Shown here: in pieces, positions 25,271 through 32,000 of the stretch
How positions within the stretch are numbered: position 1 is the first letter of the stretch
Layout of the letters: each line of letters begins with the position of its first letter
Source of the DNA: Candidatus Saccharimonadota bacterium
GTDB lineage: Bacteria > Patescibacteriota > Gracilibacteria > UBA4473
Assembly (NCBI GenBank): GCA_965228485.1
Contig: OZ245819.1
Location: 240,001-272,000 of the forward strand
Length of the DNA stretch: 32,000 bases
Reading direction: 5' to 3'
Translations under genes and position numbers: made by a program
Notes under the pieces: model-generated
Database searches by the model: none
What the model was told of the DNA's origin: nothing
What the model saw: the letters and a program-made list of their open reading frames with translations, nothing else

Positions 25271-25833
25271 TATTTGATAGTATCAAGAAGTTGTTTAGAA
25301 GATTTTGCGGCCAAAATAGCAGGAGAAACTACAGGTCCATAGTTGTCACTAATATTTTCCAAGGAAACTCCACGAGATTGGAGCAAAAGCACCAAATCAT
25401 TAGGTGTACCACAAAATGTTTTTGGATCATCATCTTTTAGAGCTGAGGCAAATTGCTGCCAAGTACTATCTACAACAATCGGTCCATCTGAAGTATAAAT
25501 AGCCGTGTAACAATGATAATTTCCGCCTCGATGCTGTCCAATCTGTCTATCATGAGCGGTTACTCCATTTTCTTCTAAAAATTTGGTATTAGCCATCCCA
25601 AATTGCCTACAGAGATTAGCACGATGATAATCTTTTGTATTCATTCTGTGTCTATTCATTTTCCACCACTTTGGATCATCTATTAGCTCCGTATTTATTA
25701 GCATCATTTCCACTCTTCTTGATTCTCCTTCGTCAAGCATAGTCTGTACTTTGGGAATAAGCTCTTCTCTCGGTTGATCCAACCCCAGATAAGCATCATC
25801 TACGAATTCTTTTGGTCTTAATATCTTATTCAT
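25270..25833 (-). CDS. Hypothetical protein with a transglutaminase-like / papain-fold Cys-His-Asp arrangement
   Basis: NLC75RQFG, then NYH107CYTAIY, then VVD122STW. The spacing (C-32-H-15-D) and flanking residues resemble the transglutaminase-core pattern G.C..f...(30-45)...HaW.ev...(15)...D. Codons checked at 25609-25611, 25513-25515 and 25468-25470. Confidence 0.35.
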   Translation of the reverse strand: MNKILRPKEFVDDAYLGLDQPREELIPKVQTMLDEGESRRVEMMLINTELIDDPKWWKMNRHRMNTKDYHRANLCRQFGMANTKFLEENGVTAHDRQIGQHRGGNYHCYTAIYTSDGPIVVDSTWQQFASALKDDDPKTFCGTPNDLVLLLQSRGVSLENISDNYGPVVSPAILAAKSSKQLLDTIK

Positions 25834-26487
25834 CTACTTAAAAATTTTAAAAATTCTAGGGTTTATAGGGTCGTAAATAATTTTAACCTCCCTATTTTTT
25901 GGAATTGAATACTGATTAAAGCAGTAGTAAAAAGGCTTAACTTTAAAAGTATTTCCTTGAATATTAACTAAGTTATTACTATCAATCATAGCTTTGGCAA
26001 TAATACCATTTCGCTTAAGGCGAATATCGTAATACTTTTCTTTAATATATAGAGGTACAAATAGGGATAACAGAACAATATAATATCCAAATCTATCAAT
26101 AACTTGCTTTGGAAATGCCAATATATTTTCTAGATACCCAACTATAAAGGAAATTAAAATTAAAAAAATAAGAATCGGAAAGACTACTTTACTAGCCTCT
26201 AAGAAGTCATTATTAACACTTGAGACACAATGCTTTTTGTCATGACTCATTGATGGCTTCAAATAATTTTTATAAAGGTTATAGATAATATTTACAAAAA
26301 AAGCACAAAATAGTAACACCCAGGCTTTACCACTTACTTCTATAATATCATATTTTAAGATTAAAGAACTTTTAAATATCCTGGGATATAAGATTAATAT
26401 AAACGGATATAAAATCGAAAGATAAAAAACTGATAGCCAAAACATCCCTATATTACCCTTTCCTAAAAGCTTTTCGTACTTATTCAT
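25834..26487 (-). CDS. Integral membrane protein with a DUF3592-like C-terminal domain
   Basis: Four or five hydrophobic helices. The C-terminal soluble part ends in ...EVKIIYDPINPRIFKI, resembling the v.YdP.nP motif of DUF3592. Confidence 0.4.
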   Translation of the reverse strand: MNKYEKLLGKGNIGMFWLSVFYLSILYPFILILYPRIFKSSLILKYDIIEVSGKAWVLLFCAFFVNIIYNLYKNYLKPSMSHDKKHCVSSVNNDFLEASKVVFPILIFLILISFIVGYLENILAFPKQVIDRFGYYIVLLSLFVPLYIKEKYYDIRLKRNGIIAKAMIDSNNLVNIQGNTFKVKPFYYCFNQYSIPKNREVKIIYDPINPRIFKIFK

Positions 26488-28563
26488 CTAAATCAGGATT
26501 TTAAAATCTACACACACTGCTCGATCATCCGTAACCATTACTGGATTTGCATCGATGGAGACTATTTCTGGATAATCTAATACCAACTGCTGCATCTTTT
26601 TCATAACCTCAATAAGTGGTTCTATGGCTTTGGGCGACTCTCCTCTCACGCCCTTCAAAATTTTTCCAATTCGTGTCTCATCAATCATCGCATCCAAATT
26701 CTCACAGGGAAGTACTCGAACAGCTGTGTCTCGATAAACTTCTGTATAAATTCCTCCAGACCCAAAAAGCATAGTATGTCCAAAATTAGGATCTTTTGTA
26801 ACTCCCATGATCACTTCTGTACCTTGAGGAACCTGTTCTTGCACCTGAATATGCGCTTCTTTAAATTGTGCTACTTTAATAGAGTGTTGAAGAGCTTTCC
26901 AGGCTTCTTGAAATTTTTCTTCAGTATCAACATTGAGAATCACCCCTTTGACATCTGTTTTATGTAAAGCGCCTGGGGCTGAGATTTTCATGACCACCGG
27001 ATTGGGAAAAAAACGTTGTGCACACTCAAGTCCTAAGTCCTTATCGTTATATCCACAATTTTTTGGAAAATCAAAATCGTATGATTCCAATATTTGATTA
27101 ACTAAATCTTGAGGAAGAGAAGGAAAGTCCTGTGATTTGGCTTTTAGAATCTCTTTTACAATAGTTTTATTTCTTTTTGACTCTAGAACAGGAGTCTTCT
27201 GATTTGCCTTATCTTGATGATTTACATTTAAAAGTCCTAAAACTTTTGTAGCATCAACTGGAAATTCAAAATGTGGAATATTGTACTGTGCTAAAATCGG
27301 AAGCCCTAGGTGTGTTCGTGTTCCGCCGATAAAACTTGCAACAATATTTTTATCTGTCTTTTGGTTAATTTCTCCAATAACTTTAGCTGTTTCTTCAACT
27401 TCTGTAGTTCTTTGCGGTGTTAACAATACCAAAATTTGATCAACACTATCATCTTTGATAACAATTTCTAATGCCGTACGGTATCGATCAGCCTTTGCAT
27501 CTCCAATAATATCTACTGGATTTTTAGTGTTTGCCTCAAGAGGAAGGCTTTGAGCTAATTGATTCAATGTTTTTTCTTCAAATTGAGCCAGTTTTAGGTG
27601 AGCACTTTCGGTTAAGTCTGTTGTTAAAACTCCTACACCTCCAGCATTTGTTATAACCGCCAAATTTTTACCAATATTTTTATGAGGATTAAACGTTAAG
27701 GTTTCAAGTAATCCAAACATTGCCCGCATTGAGAATACTTGAATGGCACCTGATTGTTGGTAAGCCATTTCTAGAATTCTTGAGTTTGGTGCGAGCGAGC
27801 CAGTATGACTCGAAGCCGCTTCTGCAGCTTTTTCGGATTTCCCTGGTTCTAGAATAATAATTGGTTTCTTAGGAGAAATCTTCTTAATTAGGTCTAAAAA
27901 CCTCTTCCCATTACTGAGTGACTCAAGATAGAAAGCAAATATTTCCACATTGTCATCATCAGCAAGGTGTTCTAAGATTTCTACCTCAGAAACGTCTGAC
28001 TTATTCCCCAGTGAAATAAAATGAGAAAATCCAATTTCTTTTTCAGCCGCCCAATCAAGCATTGCTGTACAAAACGCTCCTGATTGACTGACAAAGCATA
28101 TTTTCCCTTTCTCTGGATAACCATCAGCAAAACTAGCATTTAGGCCGGAGTAGGGGAAAATTGTTCCTAGACAATTTGGCCCGAGTAGATTGATGCCATT
28201 GTCTTTACATTTTTTTTCCATAGACTGTTCCAAGTCCACATTTCCAATTTCTGAAAATCCCGCAGAGATAATTACTACATTTTTTGATTTATTTTCTACA
28301 CAATCATCTACGACGGCTTCAACAAATTTTCCTGGAACCACAATCACCACCATGTCCAACTCCACAGGTATCTCTGCTATACTACTAAAGCAATCATAGC
28401 CTTGCTTTTTTTGTCCGGCTAACTTTGGATTAACTCCGTAGAGCTGACCAGAAAAATTAGCCTCAATAATATTTTGAAAAATAACTGATCCTAACTTGGT
28501 ATTTTCTTCTGATACACCAACTACTGCCAAAGATTGAGGATTGAAAAACGAGGACAAAGACAT
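26488..28563 (-). CDS. ADP-forming acetyl-CoA synthetase (acetate--CoA ligase, fused alpha/beta; NDP-forming acyl-CoA synthetase family)
   Basis: N-terminal CoA-binding domain (FNPQSLAVVGVSEENTKLGSVIFQNI), a succinyl-CoA-synthetase-like ligase domain (SQSGAF, with the catalytic His context AASSHTGSLA) and a C-terminal ATP-grasp domain. The 691-aa size matches fused ACDs. Confidence 0.85.
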   Translation of the reverse strand: MSLSSFFNPQSLAVVGVSEENTKLGSVIFQNIIEANFSGQLYGVNPKLAGQKKQGYDCFSSIAEIPVELDMVVIVVPGKFVEAVVDDCVENKSKNVVIISAGFSEIGNVDLEQSMEKKCKDNGINLLGPNCLGTIFPYSGLNASFADGYPEKGKICFVSQSGAFCTAMLDWAAEKEIGFSHFISLGNKSDVSEVEILEHLADDDNVEIFAFYLESLSNGKRFLDLIKKISPKKPIIILEPGKSEKAAEAASSHTGSLAPNSRILEMAYQQSGAIQVFSMRAMFGLLETLTFNPHKNIGKNLAVITNAGGVGVLTTDLTESAHLKLAQFEEKTLNQLAQSLPLEANTKNPVDIIGDAKADRYRTALEIVIKDDSVDQILVLLTPQRTTEVEETAKVIGEINQKTDKNIVASFIGGTRTHLGLPILAQYNIPHFEFPVDATKVLGLLNVNHQDKANQKTPVLESKRNKTIVKEILKAKSQDFPSLPQDLVNQILESYDFDFPKNCGYNDKDLGLECAQRFFPNPVVMKISAPGALHKTDVKGVILNVDTEEKFQEAWKALQHSIKVAQFKEAHIQVQEQVPQGTEVIMGVTKDPNFGHTMLFGSGGIYTEVYRDTAVRVLPCENLDAMIDETRIGKILKGVRGESPKAIEPLIEVMKKMQQLVLDYPEIVSIDANPVMVTDDRAVCVDFKILI

Positions 28564-28635
28564 CGGTATGAATTAAAAATCCTTTAATTATACCTAATTT
28601 GAGCCAAAAATTCAATTTTCTTAATCACTTTTTTG

Positions 28636-28644
28636 TGGTATAAT
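28636..28644 (+). promoter_or_regulatory. Extended -10 promoter element (TGgTATAAT)
   Basis: TGgTATAAT at 28636-28644, 15 nt upstream of ATG 28660. Confidence 0.45.
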
Positions 28645-28659
28645 TACTAGATTTATTTC

Positions 28660-29958
28660 ATGAAAAAAGTCTTAACAAAACACTGGTTACAGATATTTCT
28701 TATTTTAACACTCTTTAGTGGGTGGGGAATTATTGAAACCAATAAAGTAAAGGCTTATAGTTTTAGCTACCAATACGGTCATTACGAACCAATAGGGGAG
28801 TATTACTGGTTTTCAAATAGTTTATATTATTTCCCTAATCCACCGACCGTTAATCCTTTTCCTGTACCAGATAATAATGGTTGCCCTTATCCTAAATTAC
28901 CAAAGTGTAAGGATGGCTATCTAGAATCGCTTGGTTATCAAGGAAAATGTTTTTTAGGTTTTAGGTGTGATAAGAGTGGAATAAAAAATTGTCCTAAAGT
29001 TGAAATCCCTACCTGTGAAGTTGGAATCCTTAAATTCTTAGGCTATGACAATAATGGGTGTTCAACTGGGTATAGATGTGAACCAAGTAAATATTGCGGG
29101 AGCAAACCTCTGCCTCGATGTCCAGGAGGGCGCTACATTCACAAAGGCTACGATACAAAAGGTTGTAGTTTGGGGTATGAATGTAAAAAACTTTCTTCTT
29201 GTCCAAGAGTAATTATTCCAGAATGTCCTCGTGGAAAACTCGTCAACCTTGGATACAGTAATGGGTGTTTTAATGGATATCGATGTGAGCCAGCACCACA
29301 ATGTCCAAAAATAGAAATTCCGTTCTGCACAGGAGGCAAATTAGTATCCAAAGGATATAAAGATGGTTGCTTTCAGGGATATTCTTGTGAAAATATTAGT
29401 CAATGCCCAAAGATAACATTCCCAAACTGTCCAAATGGGCGATTAGTTTCTAAGGGCTACGAAAATGGATGTAATCTTGGTTATACTTGCCAAACCATTG
29501 CTCAGTGCCCAAGGATAAACATTCCTCAATGTTCAGGTGGAAGACTTGTCTCTAAAGGCTATGAAAACGGATGCCATCTTGGTTATGAATGTCAACAAAG
29601 CAATCGCTGTGGTGAACGGAGTATTCCAAGCTGTCCCAATGGAAGACTTGTCTCTAAAGGTTATAGTAACGGATGTCATTTAGGGTACGAATGTAAAGCT
29701 ATTAAACAGTGTAATCCGGTAATCCCACAATGTCCTGGGGGGAGGCTGGTAAGCCTCGGCTATAAAGATGGGTGTTTTCTTGGTTATCAATGCAGCTTTA
29801 AAGATGGAAGAGGGTATGGCGGTGAGTTTCACTCAAGTGCACCAGTAGATGAGAATATTGATAAGAAAGTTTCAAAACCTTCACGAGTTTTCAGTCGTAA
29901 ACCACTTCAGTACAAATCACATTCTTACTGGATAAAGGTTAAACCAAGACAAAAGTAA
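28660..29958 (+). CDS. Secreted or membrane-anchored cysteine-rich protein with nine tandem ~34-aa 4-Cys repeats
   Basis: N-terminal hydrophobic signal/anchor (HWLQIFLILTLFSGWGII), an aromatic/Pro-rich linker, nine units of consensus CP+I.IP.CPGG+LVSKGY.NGC.LGY.C..... and a basic C-terminal tail. Confidence 0.7.
   Translation: MKKVLTKHWLQIFLILTLFSGWGIIETNKVKAYSFSYQYGHYEPIGEYYWFSNSLYYFPNPPTVNPFPVPDNNGCPYPKLPKCKDGYLESLGYQGKCFLGFRCDKSGIKNCPKVEIPTCEVGILKFLGYDNNGCSTGYRCEPSKYCGSKPLPRCPGGRYIHKGYDTKGCSLGYECKKLSSCPRVIIPECPRGKLVNLGYSNGCFNGYRCEPAPQCPKIEIPFCTGGKLVSKGYKDGCFQGYSCENISQCPKITFPNCPNGRLVSKGYENGCNLGYTCQTIAQCPRINIPQCSGGRLVSKGYENGCHLGYECQQSNRCGERSIPSCPNGRLVSKGYSNGCHLGYECKAIKQCNPVIPQCPGGRLVSLGYKDGCFLGYQCSFKDGRGYGGEFHSSAPVDENIDKKVSKPSRVFSRKPLQYKSHSYWIKVKPRQK
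28882..29808 (+). repeat. In-frame tandem repeat array, nine units of 99-108 bp, inside the Cys-rich CDS
   Basis: Unit boundaries were set at the first Cys of each module (aa 75-383). Units 7 and 8 share long near-identical DNA stretches (ggaagacttgtctctaaaggctatgaaaacggatgccatcttggttatgaatgtcaa vs ggaagacttgtctctaaaggttatagtaacggatgtcatttagggtacgaatgtaaa). Confidence 0.8.
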
Positions 29959-29964
29959 TAATCT

Positions 29965-31440
29965 TTAGAGGGATTTTTTATCGGAGAGAATCCAGCTTAC
30001 TCCAATCATTACTGTCATAGGAAACCATCCCCACCACATGATCATTTCATTGCTGTATCCTTCATAGTTTTCGGCCAGCTCTTTTGGTAGTGTTTGCCAA
30101 TACAAAATTAAAAATACTGCAGGCGCTAAAAATTTTACCAAGTAATCAAAGAGTATTCCTAAGTCAATGTCTGACACGTGAGCAATAAAAATTCTCAGTC
30201 GCTCAATTGGTAATAACCATCCAATAACGATTAACTGTAATAGAATTGTCCAGTAAAATAAGTGTCCAAAAACAAAGTGATCAAGAATATCGAGATGGTA
30301 CAATCCATTTCCACCAGCAAAACACAGAGACCAAAAAAAGAAAATCATACACAAGAATGCCGTCCATTTTTCACGAGGGATATTTTGCAAATGAGAAAAC
30401 TGACGTCTTACAGCTTCCGAAATAGTTTCAATCATCGCAAAGAGGGAATCTATAGCGAGCGTTAAAATTGATATAAAAAATATCAATGCAAAGATTTTTG
30501 CCCCAATGGGCAGAAGGGCTAAGGCCGTCGGGAAGGTTACAAAAGCGAGTGTTGGCCCAGAAGTAACTACTTCAGAAATAAGCTGTGAATTTTCTTTCGC
30601 CATCCAACCAAGGGTTCCAAACATAGCCAATCCTGCCACTAAACTCACTAATGCATCCCCAAAGGCAATTAAAACTCCACTCTGAATAACTTTTTGCCGT
30701 TGAGCATTGAAACTCGCATAAAGAATCGTCAATCCCATACCAATATTCATGGAGAAAAAAGCCTGAGTAATAGCATTTTTCCAGAGTGTAACATTAGACA
30801 ACTGAGACCAGTCTGGAACTAAAAAATAAGCAAAACCAGTTTCTGCTCCTGGAAGAAATAAACTGTTGATAAATAAAATAAATAACAACACAAAGGGCAG
30901 GGGAACAGACCATTTTACAACGGCTCCAACAGATTTTAAGCCCTTAAAGATGCAAAAATAAACCAAGGTATAAGTCAGTATAAGACCAAGAATTACCGGC
31001 CAGGAAAATCCGCCAAACACTTCTGGTTTATCTGATAAATTTAAGATTCTTTCATGAAAAAATGAAGTCGCATCATTCCCCCAGGCAAGGGTAGGACTCG
31101 CTAATAAGAAATCCATTCCCCAGGCAATAATTGCCGCATAATATCCCGCAACCAAAGTTAATACTGAAATCACCAACCATCCCACAAAGCGTCCAAAACG
31201 ACCAGCTGTGTGAGAAAAAGCCTGTACAACTTCTGTTTGAGCTCTTTGTCCAAAAGCCACTTCCATAATGACAAGTGGTAATCCAAAGGCGAATAATATA
31301 ACAAGATAGGCAAACAAAAAAGCTCCTCCACCATTTTCATAAACCATATAAGGAAACCTCCAAAGATTACCAAGCCCTGCAGCAGCACCAATGGCTGCAA
31401 GAATGAAAACCCATTTTGATGACCATACCTGTTTGTACAT
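29965..31440 (-). CDS. Sodium-dependent transporter, neurotransmitter:sodium symporter (NSS/SNF) family
   Basis: The N-terminal signature GLGNLWRFPY...NGGGAF, ~12 TM helices and the 491-aa size are typical of bacterial NSS (LeuT/MhsT-like) transporters. Confidence 0.88.
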   Translation of the reverse strand: MYKQVWSSKWVFILAAIGAAAGLGNLWRFPYMVYENGGGAFLFAYLVILFAFGLPLVIMEVAFGQRAQTEVVQAFSHTAGRFGRFVGWLVISVLTLVAGYYAAIIAWGMDFLLASPTLAWGNDATSFFHERILNLSDKPEVFGGFSWPVILGLILTYTLVYFCIFKGLKSVGAVVKWSVPLPFVLLFILFINSLFLPGAETGFAYFLVPDWSQLSNVTLWKNAITQAFFSMNIGMGLTILYASFNAQRQKVIQSGVLIAFGDALVSLVAGLAMFGTLGWMAKENSQLISEVVTSGPTLAFVTFPTALALLPIGAKIFALIFFISILTLAIDSLFAMIETISEAVRRQFSHLQNIPREKWTAFLCMIFFFWSLCFAGGNGLYHLDILDHFVFGHLFYWTILLQLIVIGWLLPIERLRIFIAHVSDIDLGILFDYLVKFLAPAVFLILYWQTLPKELAENYEGYSNEMIMWWGWFPMTVMIGVSWILSDKKSL

Positions 31441-31507
31441 TTTTGATAGAAGTTAAAAACAAAAAAACTCTCAGGTTAATATGAGGAGCTTTGTGTATTT
31501 ATTTTTT

Positions 31508-31521
31508 GAAAGTTAACTTTC
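31508..31521. promoter_or_regulatory. Perfect 14-bp palindrome GAAAGTTAACTTTC in a divergent intergenic region (candidate operator)
   Basis: Read directly at 31508-31521. It lies 68 nt upstream of the NSS transporter start (minus strand) and 93 nt upstream of rsmI. Confidence 0.3.
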
Positions 31522-31613
31522 ATTCTTCATAGTTTGTAATAAAAGGCAAATTTTTATTAATTACACATTCATAAACGTCTAGGTTTTATAAAGAAATAGT
31601 ATACAATAATCAT

Positions 31614-32000
31614 ATGGAAAAACTGTATATTGTAGCAACTCCAATTGGGAATCTTAACGATATAACGTTTAGAGCTATCGAAACGCTAAAAGAAGTTTCT
31701 TTTGTGGCGGCAGAAGATACTCGACAAACAAGAAAACTTTTTGATAAGTATGAAATTGATACCCCCCTTTTGTCTTTTCACGCTCAAACATCTGACCAGA
31801 AAACAAATCAAATTATAGATCGTATAGCAAAAGGAGAGTCTGCGGCTCTTGTTAGCGATGCTGGAACCCCTTGTATATCAGACCCGGGTTTTAGGCTGGT
31901 AAAACTAGCCAATCAAAAAAATATTACCGTTATCCCTATTCCGGGAGCATCAGCGCTAACAACACTCATCTCTGCTAGTGGTTTTCCGGTCGACACCTTT
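31614..32000 (+). CDS. rsmI: 16S rRNA (cytidine1402-2'-O)-methyltransferase RsmI, N-terminal part (3' end outside window)
   Basis: LYIVATPIGNLNDITFRAIETLKEVSFVAAEDTRQTRKLF...SDAGTPCISDPGFRLV...IPGASA matches the tetrapyrrole-methylase-fold RsmI signature. TACAAT (31602-31607) lies 6 nt upstream of the ATG. Confidence 0.88.
   Translation, partial: MEKLYIVATPIGNLNDITFRAIETLKEVSFVAAEDTRQTRKLFDKYEIDTPLLSFHAQTSDQKTNQIIDRIAKGESAALVSDAGTPCISDPGFRLVKLANQKNITVIPIPGASALTTLISASGFPVDTF

Noticed and set aside
28882-29808. The Cys-rich repeat array as a variable region of a DGR, or as a non-coding satellite
   Set aside because: The array is in frame throughout, with conserved Cys/Gly/Pro positions indicating purifying selection on the protein. 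There is no nearby template repeat or reverse transcriptase.
1-32000. Search for CRISPR arrays, transposases/integrases, phage genes, rRNA, toxin-antitoxin pairs or a diversity-generating retroelement
   Set aside because: No spaced direct repeats were found. None of the ORFs showed a transposase, integrase or reverse-transcriptase motif. The only tandem repeat is the in-frame Cys-rich array. The sole tRNA is not flanked by integrase or att-like repeats.

Overview
Gene-dense, low-GC bacterial chromosome segment. Intergenic gaps are tiny, several convergent gene ends overlap, and I saw no Shine-Dalgarno motif upstream of any start I inspected. All ORFs are intact under the standard code, so there is no UGA recoding. 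Housekeeping genes form the backbone: tRNA-Val(UAC), a folC-like gene, rnhA, proS, tig, rplS, mutL, an RlmD/RumA-family methyltransferase and rsmI (3' end cut by the window). A minus-strand cluster reads gatC-gatA-carA-ABC ATPase-ABC permease-carB(N-terminal half only). The gene set (sortase fragment, SemiSWEET, ADP-forming acetyl-CoA synthetase, NSS transporter) and the streamlining suggest a reduced, possibly CPR/Patescibacteria-like organism; this is inference only. No CRISPR array, transposase, integrase or rRNA was seen. Four loci stand out. (1) A 755-aa ORF (17933-20200) fuses an atypical Nudix-like domain to a degenerate RelA/SpoT-like nucleotidyltransferase core, and a small HxGH nucleotidyltransferase follows it. 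(2) A secreted 432-aa protein (28660-29958) carries nine tandem ~34-aa four-cysteine repeats. (3) A ~700-aa acidic protein (3177-5288) ends in a LAS/M15-like zinc-peptidase signature. (4) A half-size carB is separated from carA by an ABC exporter. All functional calls rest on motif reading by eye; no database search was possible.
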